Source of the DNA: Perkinsus chesapeaki ATCC PRA-425
Lineage: Eukaryota > Protista > Perkinsozoa
Direction: 5' to 3'
Assembly: GCA_013115145.1 (NCBI GenBank)
Contig: JAAPAO010000034.1
Span: 1 to 64,000, forward strand
Length of the DNA: 64,000 nucleotides
Part shown: piece by piece, positions 25,126 through 38,070 of the stretch
Numbering within the stretch: position 1 is the stretch's first letter
Layout of the letters: every line of letters begins with the position of its first letter
The notes under the pieces: generated by a model
What the model saw: only the letters and a program-made list of their open reading frames with translations
Told to the model about the DNA's origin: nothing
Databases searched by the model: none
Translations under genes and position numbers: made by a program

Positions 25126-26972
25126 ATGGCTTCCTCTTCGGGAACTACTAGTGTACCTCCTTTGAGGTGTGATATAGCACAATCTCAAAATGTACTGGAA
25201 TGCATGGTTACCGATATCACCGAGGAATTCATAAGGGTAGCGTATCCATATGTTGAAGCGTGCATCATCCACTATAGGGACATTTAAAAAACGATGAGGA
25301 TCTCGATAGGGTAACAGAAGTCGCTATGAAGGTAAAGCAGTCTCCTGGCGGCCACTATAGAGACCTGTTTAGTTGGATTCCGATGTTCATGATGTTAGCA
25401 GCCTAGGCGAACATCTACCGTCTCTTACTGTCCTTAAGTAAGCGTATTTGTATCCGGCCCTCGGTGAAGGGAATGTGTTAGTCTATCTGGATCTTATATA
25501 CGGGAAGCTCGCAGTCTAGGGACAAGGTTGAGCATGCTCGTCGTCCTGAAGTAAGATACGCTTGCTCTCGCATGTTGGAGATGTCATGGGCCCTCAGTCT
25601 CTCGAGAAGCAGCCTTAGTGATCTCTCTGGGATGAGCTCGTTGCTGCCCAACTTACAGGAGCTGTGAGTTACACCTAAAGGTCCCGGGTTCTATCCCCAG
25701 TGACGTCATTTCAAGGTATATTGCATTTAATTGCCTCACTACTATGGACGGCATCGAATGGATGGACTCCCTGCAAATAGTGGACTTGGAAGGGAACTCC
25801 ATATCATCACTGAACGATCTCTCTGCCCTTGCCACGTGTAATCCTTTGCCACTCTCCTATTGCGGAGGTGTCCGTCAGGCAGTAGCATTTGGAACATATC
25901 ACTAGCTGGTAACGATGTTGTCCGTAAAGCTACACTTGGGGATATACTTAAACTAGTGCCGAGTCTGGAGGTCCTAGATGACGTCACGAGGGTTGACTGC
26001 CTATCACAGGAGGACCTTATCAGCTTTACTATGTACTTAAAGATACATTAGCATAGGCCATCGCTTGTTGGCTCAGCCATGAGCTTTATCGGGGCCGTCA
26101 GCTGAGTGGACGGAGCTCTGAGGCGTTCACCGGGAAGGGCTCGACAGCGGTGGGAAGGAAAGTTACTGCAGAGGAGATGTTGAAGGTGGGGCGCGTGACG
26201 GAAGCCGGGCTTAACTACGATGATAGATATGTCCTGACTTGGAGGACTTCACCAACCCATTAGAAATTGAAGTAGGTGGTGATTCGGTGGTTGTACGGCT
26301 ATGATCGTCCAGGGCTCCGAGGTTGGGGACGGTGGTAGCAGCTCTGAGCCGGATGAGGTATCATTGGTCCTTGAAGAGGCTAAGAGGAGGGTAGCTGGTC
26401 ACCGAAATATAATGGACACTGTAGCGCCGTAGTGGCAGCGTAAATCACAGGTCTGTCTTTCAGCTCAGTGGCTTCTATTCGGCGCGGCCTCCCTATACGG
26501 GCAGTACAGTGGCGAGCGGGGGAGATCGGCACACCAGACCGGGTAGAGGGGAATGAGGCCAGGGTCTGTCGTCGCGGAGCTACTCAATGTAAGGTACTCG
26601 GGAAGCTACCCTGAGTCGGGCTATGACTGCTAGAGGGTGTCCTGGGGTTCCTTATCCTGGAACACCGGCTTCGGTGCTTACTACTGGCGGAGAGATATTT
26701 AGTGGCAGTCCATTGAAGGCAATACGATATAGGAAAAGACAGGAAAAGATGGGGGAGGAAGAGGATAAGCAAGAGAGAAGAAGGCTTTCGGTGGATGAAG
26801 CTGGGCTAGATATTAGGCAGCTTATAGCAAAGTAAGGTATCTTAGGTTGAAGCTGGGAGGATATGTGAGAGGTTAATTCTTTTGTTGTAGGTACCGTATT
26901 GATTACGATCCTTCCTCTGAAAGTCCTTCACATTACCGACGGCGTCGGGGCTCTAGCGGGAGTTCGTCTTGA
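25126..26972 (+). CDS. LRRC56: Leucine-rich repeat protein LRRC56-like, multi-exon
   Basis: SLGEHLPSLTVL, LPNLQELYIAFNCLTTMDGIEWMDSLQIVDLEGNSISSL, SLAGN...LVPSLEVLDD; C-terminal LTTGGEIFSGSPLKAIRYRKR resembles the LRRC56 tail motif. Confidence 0.75.
25664..25715 (+). other. Intron composed of a tRNA 3' fragment (in LRRC56)
   Basis: gtgagttacacctaa-AGGTC-CCGGG-TTCTATC-CCCAG-TGACGTC-A-tttcaag; removal restores LQEL|YIAFN. Confidence 0.75.
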
Positions 26973-27111
26973 CCACGACTTGCCTCCGCATTATTGTACA
27001 TTAGAGATTTGTATCATGTCATCATTGTTGATAACGGCCTTTGTCGTTGAGGCAGCAGATGTAGTTGTGTCAACCTCCCGGGAATCTCCCCCCCCCGCAG
27101 TTTTTGTGCAC

Positions 27112-28000
27112 ATGGCAGGAGGCTCATCTACATCGGCCGTCTCTAACAGGAAGGGCCAGAGTAACAACAATAACTCATCCTCCCATAACAGAGGAAACGG
27201 TAATCGCCCTCGAGTAGAGGTCCCGCATGGTATTGAAACTCGTAAGTGCTCTTAATTATACCACATTTCCTTTTCATCGCGGAGTAGGTACGGCAAGCAA
27301 CTTGTACTCCTCTTATGAGATTATCAAGGCCGTCAACGAGTTTTTGGAGGATGTAAGCGTCGTAGTGTTACATTATTTCATACCACACTTCCTTCAAATC
27401 AGGCCCTTCCCGCCCTGGGATATATAGAGGATACAAGTCTCCCTTGGATCAGAATACTCCTGATGGCTTTGGCCTGCACGGCTGGTGTCATTGGACAGTT
27501 TTTTTTGAAATTCCCTGATGTAGCGTGGCCATTTTTTTCATACCGCTCTTTCCTCAACTTATCCTCAGGACTCCTCCACCTTGAAGCTTTGCGTCTTTGG
27601 CTATTTCCTATTCTCTGGCATCACCTGTTTGGTGGACTTTATATGGACCAGGTCGAGCGATATGCAGGTTAAGGACCGTGAGGTAGGTCTACGACGCAGG
27701 AGAGGATAGGAATGCCTTTTAGACGGGCGATAGAATCTTCATTGATGTCGAGATGCAAGGTTTTAGCTCGGAGCTGGTGCTTAGATTGAGATGCAATAAC
27801 CCAGATATGTCTGAGGTAACCTTATTTGTATCTTTGTGTGCATGCGTGCAGATTCAATGTGTGCTCAGGAGATAAAGGAAAGTATTGGCAACTTCTTCCA
27901 TGATGATGGAGAGTTAGATGGCCAGGAGCTGCTCACTCGCTTTGATGTTCTCTATCGTCGGTTTACCACTCACAGACGCAGCTCTAAGAAAGCCGAGTAG
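27112..28000 (+). CDS. SPCS2: Signal peptidase complex subunit 2 (SPC25 family), multi-exon
   Basis: NLYSSYEIIKAVNEFL, LGYIEDTSLPWIRILLMALACTAGVIGQFFLKFPD, second TM, ESIGNFFHDDGEL...SKKAE*. Confidence 0.8.
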
Positions 28001-28448
28001 AAGATGGCAATTTCGTGGCGCAGTGAAACAGAGGGCTCTTTTGTTGCCATTGTTAAGGGTGCTAGATACGAGGAAGTCATTTTCATCATGTTATGGGTAG
28101 TCGTGTTAATTACACTAGGAGGGAGCCATATGTATTCCAAAAGTAAACACGGGAGCGGTATGAGATATATTTGCACGCATGCGCACAGCTTGCATTGTGA
28201 GTATTACTGCTCTTAGTTTACTAACGGAGGGATTATTAAAAGGTGTATTTGGAATGTTTACGATTAGATAAAAAATCAGTATCTACTCAAAGTGATCATC
28301 TTTTGTGTCGCAGGCTGTCCCCTTGGCGGATTATTGTGTGGTCTTCGCTAAGGTCCCGATGGAACCCACAAAGTCTTCCTGTCCTATTCGCTAGGTAGCT
28401 GTTAACAACTTATCAAAGGTTTATTTGTTTTATAACAACCTTTTAACA

Positions 28449-28879
28449 ATGTCTAACGCAACTGTTGAGGATCTTGCTAAGGCTATCAAGGCTGGCCAAA
28501 AACTGTCTATTGTTGATGTTAGAAGTGACGATGAAGTGAAGGCTAAGCGTAAGTCCCACCTTATAGCAGTGATCGTATTATTATCCTTTCCGTTCAGCAT
28601 CCAACCCTGGCAGCATTCATATCCCTATTGGTGAGTTCAACAGCAGGTTGAGCGAAGTCCCCAAGGGTCCAGTTGTGGTGCACTGTGCCGTCGGGATGAG
28701 GGCTCGTAAGTGTTGCTAAGCTTCCCATTTGTAAGTCGGTATTATAGTTTGCTGCTGTCTCAGAGCGTGCCGGTGATGCTCTTAGAGCCGCGGGCTACTC
28801 TCCTGTGATGAATGTAGCGGACCGTGAGCAAGCCAAGGCAACTGCTGATAAGGCAGAGCAAATGGCGAAGTCGATGTAA
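28449..28879 (+). CDS. Single-domain rhodanese (PspE/GlpE-like) 1, soluble, 3 exons
   Basis: IVDVRSDDEV, PGSIHIPIGE, active-site loop VHCAVGMRA. Confidence 0.88.
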
Positions 28880-29157
28880 AGAAGACGACCACTTCCACCA
28901 GCTGGGAGCCATTCCCTATTCAACGATGCTCCTCCTATGCGCGAGTATACAACCCTTTTCATTCTCTCATATAGTAGTGTGTTACCGAGGACTGTGCTCG
29001 ATTCCCCCTGCTGCCTGCCTGTTAGGCAGTAACGGTGGTCGAATGCAAGCCTAGCCAAAAAAGCTGGCTCCACCTCTGAATACTTACAGTAGTTGTGTTA
29101 TCTCTTTTCAACTGCTGAAGGGATCCTGTAGTTATCAGTAATTCTCTCAACTAGAAA

Positions 29158-29782
29158 ATGGCTTCCTCATCTTCTTCGTCGTCAAATCTTCCCATTCTGT
29201 TTCTCGGAATTGCAATATTCCTTGGGACGTGGCTCAGTGGTGCGTCGCTGTATAAGCTATTACCGCTAGTTCTAGTGATTGGTGTTGGTATAATGGGATC
29301 AGCTATGTCAAGTGACTCGACAACTACAGCCGACCTAGCAGCTGAGGTTGCTAAGGGAAAGAAGCTATCGGTGTTGGATGTCAGAAGTGCCGGCGAGTTG
29401 GCTTCGAAGCGTAAGCCCTGCAACACTTCGTACCGCTCCTTTGTTTATTTCGTTAACTTTTCAGCTGCCCTCCCTGGTGCTATTAATATCCCTGTTGGTG
29501 ATGTAGAATCCAGGATAGCTGAGGTCCCTAAGGACGGCCCTGTGCTGGTCTACTGTGCCTCGGGCATGAGAGCTGGTGAGCTGCTGAAGTGCTCTCCATA
29601 TTGGTTGTTATTTTACTCTTTCAGGCCGCGCTGCTGGAACACTACGCAGTCATGGCTACTCCCCTGTGATGAGCACGGTTAACTGTGATAGTGCCAAGAA
29701 GATTATTGATGAAGTTAACGAGCTCGCCAAGAAGGAGACCCCCGCCTCCGCTGCTGCTGCTAGTGAAGAGAAGAAGCAGTAA
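29158..29782 (+). CDS. Rhodanese 2 with N-terminal hydrophobic segments
   Basis: LPILFLGIAIFLGTWL...LLPLVLVIGVGIMG, then VLDVRSAGEL, LPGAINIPVG, VYCASGMRA. Confidence 0.88.
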
Positions 29783-30105
29783 TTCCCATCATTCATATCA
29801 TTGGTCTTGCTTTTGCCGTCTGACGGAACTGCTTAAAAATAACGTTAATCAGCTACTGGTGTAGTGAGACCGTGCTTTACTGCTTTATAACACATTTAAT
29901 ATAATAATACCGGATTTCTAGGGAGAGTATCTGATACAGCCTCGAGTTCATCATAACCCTGCCGGAGTTGGTAACACTTGATCATCACGAAGGCATCGAC
30001 GACCGCAGAAGAAGGAGGGTTTCGGACATGATCAGATTGTAGCCCTCGCCTCGGTAGGGTTTTTGGTGTTTTATTCTTCCCCTTGTGCCTCCTGTCGGCG
30101 GCAAG

Positions 30106-30725
30106 ATGTCAACTTTCGAGGCAGTTCTGGCGAGTTGCGGCCATGCCGACTTCACAGTACTAGATGTTAGGAACGATGATGAAGTTGAAAAGGAACGTAA
30201 TAAATAATGAGTTGCGGCTGACGGGAAATAATATCTCATGCATCTCGCCGCGAGTTTATGATGTTGATGTTGTCAGCTCCTGTAAAAGGAGCGGTACACA
30301 TACCTCTGGGAGAGCTACCGAAGAGGGTCGACGAAATACCGAAGGATCGACCAGTGCTGGTCTACTGTGCCCATGGAACTCGAGCAAGTAGTAGAAATAT
30401 TGTTAAGGAAGGCATTCTATTGATGATGATCAGATCACGCTGCGAGCTTCCTAATACAGGAATGTGGTTTTAGTGCGGTGTTCCCCACTACGAATAGAGA
30501 CAGCGCTCAAGAGATAGTTCAACAGGTTAAGGCACATGCAGATGAAGATAATCGGGTAGGTTGATAGCAGTGGCTTTGAGGATATGATGGAATGATCAGG
30601 CGGCCACTAGTGCTCGAATAAAGCGAGGAGCGTTGATAGTAGGAGCCGTAGTGGTATCAGCAGCAGCAGTGGCGGCGGTGGCTTGGTGGATACCTCGGAG
30701 ACGATCCTCTCATGATAGTAAATAA
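30106..30725 (+). CDS. Rhodanese 3 with predicted C-terminal tail anchor
   Basis: VLDVRNDDEV, GAVHIPLGEL, VYCAHGTRA; phase-0 intron 30556-30599 adds AATSARIKRGALIVGAVVVSAAAVAAVAWWIPRRRSSHDSK*. Confidence 0.8.
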
Positions 30726-31138
30726 TTATACTGTATGATTTTCGGTATTGTACTAAAGCTTGTAGTAATCCTTCTCGTTCCTGCTATTTCTATAATCGTC
30801 CCTATGGCTTCTCGGCGTTATAGTTCCTCTCCCCCTCAATAGCCCACCTTGCATCTAATGATACAGTCATGTGCTTTCATCGGACAGGGGCCTGTTGTTA
30901 TTGTTGCTGTGGCTGGTGCTGCTGCCGAGTCGGTTGGTTTAGCGGCTGCTTGTTTCGTTTCCGTGCTTGTAGTGAGAATGCGTTCCCAAACCGCTGCGTT
31001 GTTGTTGTCAATCCTTGGGGGTCGGTCTACTAAGGAGTAGTATAAATAACGTAACCTAGCACTACTACTATTAGGTAGTAATAACCATTACCTCTCTGGA
31101 GTGTTCCTAGTCGGATGTTGTGTTGTTTTCTGGCCTAA

Positions 31139-33363
31139 ATGTCTACAGATAACAACAACATCAACGGCAGTAGCAGCTTAACCCCCCAGCACCGTGGAAC
31201 TCGCCGTATATCATTTGAGGTGAGCTGCTGCTGCATCATCAGCGTTCTAATGTCTCATTCTCATTACTAATCCTCTTTCAGGAGATTATAGCTGACACAC
31301 GGTCAGCTCTCCGTCGTGTGGGATCAAACCTTCAAGCTGTCGACAATCAGAGGGTTCGTATTGCCTACCTCTGCGCGTCAGCCACGGGTATCTCTGGTGT
31401 CTGTCTTATCGCATCCATATACTCCTTTGCTCAAATCGAAACGCCAGTACCTCCAAATCCGAAAGACCTTGTCGATGCTAACCCTGACTTGGTATATATT
31501 CCTCCAGAGGTTGAATATGTCTCTGATGCCTGGAGTGTGTTTGCTGCCACTGTGTACGGTCTTGTAGCTGTTGCGGCAGCCTTCATGTTGCTTAGAAGAT
31601 TCCATATGTTATTCAAAACGTTGTTTAAAGATGCCTCAGTGTCGGCAATAATCAAGAGATCCTCCTCGTTCCTGAGTAAAATGTCGAAGGATAATTTACC
31701 GAATGTTCACGATGAGGCCAATGATAGTGTTGCTGCCCAGACCACGATCGAGAACAAGACTGCTCGGCGCACGAAACGATCGACTCTGGCGCAAGCTGCC
31801 AAGACACTCATCGAAACATCGGATAAGTTCGAGATCGCTGGTGAATGGTTTTGGTATCGTCATGTTGCATCTGAGACTTTGGAGGTTACAATGCAATTGC
31901 TGCAGTTGATCAGTTTTGGTGGTTCAGCATGGTCTGTCAGTGGTGAAGACGCGAGTGTCGTGAAGCCTCCTGCGACAATTATGGCTCAGGCCTGTTTGGT
32001 AGCTTTTAACATTACCTTTGCACCTGTTATATATTTTTATCAAAATCGCCTCATCGCTTTGGCCGGTGACGTTCTATCAGATATCGGTTTTGTACTTGTA
32101 CAGCTCAGCGCTATAAGCTCAGTACAGAACCCAAGATCGTGGCATGTTCTTCGAGCAACTACATTCATAACGCTTATATCAAGTGTGTTCCCATTCGCCC
32201 AATCTCTACATGATATTCACTCAATGTGGGATTATCTAATGCTTTCCTCTTTGGAACGTGCTAGGTGTAATCAGAAGAACAGGGCCTTTAGTAAGGTCCG
32301 CATCGCCATGGCATGGTTGCTGTGTCTATCCTTCAGCATCACGTTGGTCGCTTTCACCGGCTACCAGGAGTTTGGATGGGACTGCAATTCTGAGGTGGTT
32401 AACTTTGATCAAGATTGTCATATTAAGATTCACCCACTTCTGAGCTTCCCTGCCTGTGATTGTCGTATGGTCCACCTTACTCCAGATGAAGACTGTGCTA
32501 TTCCTATTGTTGAACGTATAAAATCTTATGAAAGAGTAGAGTACTTCTCCAGTGCTCCAAGCGAATGGCTACAAAGCTGCGGAATGGAGTTTGGTCAGGC
32601 TGAGCTCACTGCGCTTGAGCAGTACGGCAATAGCCTCATCTCTGTTATGTTACCTAATACGGATGGAGTCACCGAAATAGATCTGCGAGGGTTGTCAAGC
32701 TTGCAAGTGCTCTCTGTTACTTTCGACTCAGTGAGAACTATAACGGAAGGCTTCATAAGAGATTCGCCAAAACTGAGGTTCCTTACCTTTGAGATCAACG
32801 AGATCGAAATGCTACCAGCGAACATCGGAGATTTGGAACAGCTTGAAGAGCTTGTACTTAATGTGAATCCTATATGCTCCAATGCGACGGCCTTGGAGCA
32901 GTTTACATCGGTCCCCATTGTATGTGCGGCTTCGGGAAGTGGTACTGGTGGAAGCTGTACTTCGAGAGATGGTGGGGCTGTGGATAATGCAGAATCACTT
33001 GTTATTCGGGCATGTCAACAACTCGCCACTACAGGGTACACTAATGAATGTAAACCACAGTGTCCAGCTGTGGTTCTTTCAATGGGGATTGCTGATACTA
33101 ATAGAGATGGCCTTCTCAGCCATTCAGAGCTGTTAAGTGCCTCGCAGTTGTTTGGCTTCACAACCTCTATTACTGAAGAAGAACTGAGCTGTATTCTTAA
33201 TCTTTGCCCGGCTATCAGAGCCAATGGAAGCAGTGTGTCCCCTTCTACAGACATAAGCTTTCTAGCACTGGTAAGTTGGAAAAGTTACAGGTTAGGCATT
33301 CAGTGATTCTTGTTCTTTCAGACTGGGCTCGGAGGCATCACGACATGTCGAGATTGTCGATAA
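31139..33363 (+). CDS. Multi-pass membrane protein with Cys-rich/LRR region and C-terminal EF-hand-like loop
   Basis: Three exons (31139-31219, 31282-33270, 33322-33363); about 7 hydrophobic segments, CHIKIHP...CDC, LRRs (LSSLQVLSV, LRFLTF, IEMLPANIGDLEQLEELVLNVNPIC), DTNRDGLLSHSE. Confidence 0.8.
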
Positions 33364-34432
33364 TACAAAAGTAAAAAACAATTTGGAGGACTTGTTTGGT
33401 ACGTGAAGCATGCAACCTTATTGAAATTGATGTTAACTTGTTCATTTGATGTTTTGTGTTGTGAAGTTTATTACGGACTAGTGTTAGCAAATCTGCCATT
33501 GTTAACACCATCAAACGGCAATGAGGCACATTAAGTAGCCCATCACCATTGTGTAGTAGATGATTGCTGCTGTTATCCAGGGTTAAGTCCACTCCATGAG
33601 CAATACTAAACTAGTGATGCACTAGTAAGGTACAATAAGTTTAATGGACATCAACAAAGGTCTATCCAGGCGAGTAGATATGGAATAATAAACGTTGTAA
33701 ATCAGCGTTCTCAATAGAGCACTATACGAACAAGCGATTAAGTTGGCCTACTGTAAAGTTGCTGGTGGGAATATACGGGGTGTTCAAGTCAGGGCCAAAG
33801 CGTAACAAGGTAAGGTGGCCAATCCATAGCATCCTCATTAAGTGAGGTCAGAAAAGGAAATCATCATGTAAATGATAGAACCATGAAGGAACTATCACAC
33901 CGATACAGTTAAGGGACAGAGAGGCCTTATTCACACGTGATTTGAGGGAAAAATGGTATGAACTTTAGCGGTATATTGGGATAGTGCGAGATTGCAAGTA
34001 ATATAGCTCTACCTTGTCAGCTATATTACAGTGACAGCAGTGTTGTGTATCGGCTTACCATGGCCAGTCATGTTCCTATGTTTGGTATGTCCCTGAGTAA
34101 TTAAGGACTGTTTCAATTAACGTCCCCTTCAAATTACGTGAACGTTTGGTATTCGCCGAGTTGAGTTTATGAAAATTATGAGACCTGCGCGGTTTACTGT
34201 GGTACACGGTAGACCTTAATCCTCCATGATGGCCGTAGAGTACCAGTAATAGCTTAACCGTTGTACGGTTACGGTACCGTACCTGTACGGCAATTTCCCC
34301 CGTACCACATCCTTCAATTTTGTGGCGGGGCGGATGATAATCGATTATAATGGCGTAGCGAGAAATAGGATTCTTGAGGAATATCCTATTGAGTGAGAAA
34401 TTAATTAGGCTGCAGTGTAACGTTAGTGTTGT

Positions 34433-36043
34433 ATGTCACCTTCGACGACCATGTCTAATCAGACCGGGACCGTGATTCGCCCCCCTCATCCGGGGCACTT
34501 CCTTTTCACATCCGAGTCGGTCAACGAAGGGCATCCCGATAAGATCTGTGACCAGGTCTCTGACGCTATCTTGGACGCTTGCCTCGCACAGGATCCTGAT
34601 TCCCGTGTTGCCTGCGAAACCTGCTGCAAAACGGGTATGGTGATGATTTTTGGTGAGATCACTACCCATGCTAAGGTAACTAACAACGTTTACCCGATCT
34701 GTCGCATCTTATCTTGAACATAGCCTTCCCCTCGTGAGCATGCGTGCAATGCCTTCCTTTAATATAATAGTGCATTTCCTTTAGGTTGACTATGTGCAAG
34801 TTGTTCGTGATACCTGCAAGGCCATTGGTTACGATGACGAAGCTAAGGGTCTTGATTATAGGACCATGGAGGTTCTTAACAAGCTCGAGGAGCAAAGCCC
34901 TGAGATTGGTCAATCTGTTCACGGTCTTGGCACCAAGGTAACCATAATTCCACTAGTGCTGTAGTGATTCGCCCCGGAATGTAGGCCCCTGAGGAGATTG
35001 GCGCTGGTGACCAGGGCCATATGTTTGGTTATGCCTCCAACGAGACCCCTGAACTAATGCCTTTGAGCCATAGTCTTGCCACTAAGCTGGGTCGTCAGCT
35101 TACTGTTTGCAGAAAGAACGGTACCGTTAAGTGGTTGAGACCTGATGGAAAGACCCAAGTAACTGTAGAATACACTAAAGGAACTAGTGGGGAAATGATC
35201 CCTGTAAGAGTTCACACTATTCTCATCTCCACTCAGCACAGGTAATAAACACCACATCTTCTGTAGTCATACCGCCGCTCTCTCATATTATTTTTCAGCC
35301 CCGAGGTTAGCCAGGAGCAGATTGAGTCCGATTTGATGGAATATATTATCAAGCCTATTGTCCCTAAGCAATATCTTGATGAGGATACTATCTTCCATTT
35401 GAACCCTAGCAAGTCCTTTACTATTGGTGGCCCCCACGGTGATGCTGGTCTCACTGGCCGTAAGATCATCATTGATACCTACGGTGGATGGGGAGCACAC
35501 GGTGGCGGAGCCTTCTCTGGAAAGGATTCCACCAAGGTAAAAGCAACCCTAAGTCTTCACCTCTACTTCACGTCTACCTCCAGGTTGATAGATCTGCCGC
35601 TTATGCTGCTCGATGGGCTGCCAAGTCCCTCGTTCACGCAGGCTTGTGCCAGCGTTGCTTGGTCCAAGTCAGTTATGCTATCGGTGTTGTACAGCCGTTG
35701 AGTCTCTTTGTGGATTCGTAATATAATTTAGCAGCATCGCCTCGAGTGTCATCCTTGGTCATTACAGGTATGGCTCGGCAATGCCCGGTCTTAGTGACGA
35801 GGATCTCTGCGATATTGTCAAGCGTAACTTCGATTTCAGGCCCGGATGCATCCAAAGGGACTTGGAGCTTAAAAAGCCTCAGGTAGAGGAAGATGGACGT
35901 GATTTGAGGAAAGTGTGGTATGGCAGTTCCAAGAGTTGGCTGCTTACGGCCATTTCGGACGTAACGACCTGATGCCTGCTTGGGAGGTTGTGAAGGATTT
36001 AGAGCATGAGGTGGCTGACGCGAAGAAGAAGCTGTCAAAATAG
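34433..36043 (+). CDS. MAT: S-adenosylmethionine synthetase, multi-exon
   Basis: [82 protein letters not shown]. Confidence 0.97.
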
Positions 36044-37008
36044 CTGCCAGAGGAAATAACGTGGTCACTTGTTTTATGCCAATAAGATGATTCGCTATTA
36101 TTACTATGATATCGACGTATTATATATTATTATTACCACTACTAGCCCCCCACGCCCACCATCATCATCTCTACCGTTATCTGGTCTCGCTAACAAGCAA
36201 GGGTTTTCCTATTTCGTCGACATTGATGATGATGGTGGTGGCTTCTCGAGTGCTGTTGTCGAGTAGTGGTAATATGCTCTCATGGAGATGGTTTATAAAG
36301 CGAGTTTCCAAGCGCATAAGCTCGGCACAATCGCTCACTCTGCGGTCTGTGAGGTTATCATAGTAATATTCATCATAACACTTGGTGTGGACATCTCCTG
36401 ACCATTATGGTTTTAGTAGCTATTATAGACGGTGCTAGGATTTGTGGGAAAGTTGGTATGATTGAGTGGTGGTGACTTTCGCTGTCATCGCAAGTTGACT
36501 CTGTACTATCTGCTGCTGCTGTTATATCGATTTTGCTACTAGCACTGGTACTGTCTTATTACACTTCTTCTTCTTCTTCTTCTCATTTTATCTGTGATAG
36601 TTATACAAAGCAGCTCAACTGTCTGCTTATGGTTTTGGTTTTGTTGTTGGTGTGGTACTATCTCAGATTACGTCATTCCTCCTCTCTCTGTGTGAACTAT
36701 TATTCGTTTCCCACCAGTGCCTGGTAGCCAACTACCCCTTGTTTCTGTCATCTCAACGTCTGGTGAACCCTAGGATCCTCTCGGGCCCCATTGTGGCCTG
36801 TCGCCGATAGTCCTATGGCTATCGCAAACTCTGAGTTTCTTACGTTTATCAGTTTGGTATGATCGTATTATCGGGAGGTAGTGAAGCCCTACAACAGTTG
36901 CTGATAGAGAATACACGGTGAACGTTGCCCGACGGTTGAGTTTCAGTAATAATTAAAGAGGGAATAATAATAACTAGCGTTGATTGTTACTGCTGCCGCT
37001 ATCTTATT

Positions 37009-37933
37009 ATGGTATCCTTTGTATGTGCATGTGGCGAGACCATTAGGAAGCCTAAGGTCCGTAACCATCTACAGCAACGGCATTGCGAGTAAAAGGGTGT
37101 TGCAGGGGTTGGTATCGCAGTAGGAGTGGTTGTTAGATATCTCTCGTGTGTTGACTGCAATGAGACATTCTATGGTGAGGACTATTCGACGCATAACAAG
37201 TGCATCTCCGAAGCTGAGAAGTACATGGGGAAGTTGTATAAACCGGGTACAGCTAGTACCGAAGGATCTAAGCAGGATCGATGGCAGGCTAGTGTGATGG
37301 AGGTAGTAAGAGATGGCAGAGGGACGTGGGGGAATGGGCGAGGTTTAGGTGCTGGAGAATTATCAGGGACCACTGAGAGGGTACGTCGACACTCTGGTGG
37401 GATATGATAACATACCTCGGAAGGAGAAGGCGTTCAATAACTTCATTAAGAACAGTCTTAAATTGTAGTGAAGGGGATTGTGAGAATTGTGAGGTCGAGG
37501 GTTGGCAGGCACAATCCATCGGAGATAAGGAAGCTGTGGGAGCTGGTACAGAGTGCGGCACCAGCTACGCCGGAGGGTGCATCGAAGAAGCGTTCAGCGG
37601 AGGAAGAGGCTTGGGGTGGCTGGGTGGAGGAGATTGATAGAGCTTTGAAGCGAAGAAGGACCGCTGAGAAAAGGTAATAGAAGGCAGGGGGATGAGGGGG
37701 CGGCAGTCGGTATTGATTCAGCATGCCGTGGAAGCAGCTCCGTGATGAGGTGGTGACACGGTACTTGAAGAAGGCTGGTAAGGCTGGAAGTAAGAGGGAG
37801 GATATGAATGACGTCATGTTATCTAAAGTAAGTCATGAGGAAAAGTCGGTATGAAAATGGCTGTTGTTAGATCCCAAAGGCCTACCTGAGCAAGTCTGCT
37901 AATAAGGTTTCTCTACCGTCTGATAAGCAGTAA
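37009..37933 (+). CDS. LYAR: LYAR-type C2HC zinc-finger nucleolar protein
   Basis: MVSFVCACGETIRKPKVRNH, LSCVDCNETFYGEDYSTHNKCISEAEKY. Confidence 0.9.
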
Positions 37934-38070
37934 CAATAACGTCTAGTGTTACTCACAACAATCGTTACTACTGTTTGATAGTTTCCTTACGTAATGTCCT
38001 TCGCAGTCGTGGTGTTGGATGAATTTAATGGCGCGCGGGAATTGCTCAGATTGGCTGCCTTTGTTGGTGT

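Noticed and set aside
33400-34430. Possible transposon remnant in the intergenic region (GTACCG/GTACGG-rich patch near 34200-34290)
   Set aside because: No terminal inverted repeats, target-site duplication or transposase-like frame found.
34433-36043. SAM synthetase as the divergent MATX type found in dinoflagellates
   Set aside because: Motifs look canonical and I saw no MATX-type insertions; ordinary MAT.
36190-36960. Possible minus-strand gene (open frame GDVHTKCYEYYYDNL...SETR*)
   Set aside because: No start or consistent exon chain could be assembled and there is no family motif.
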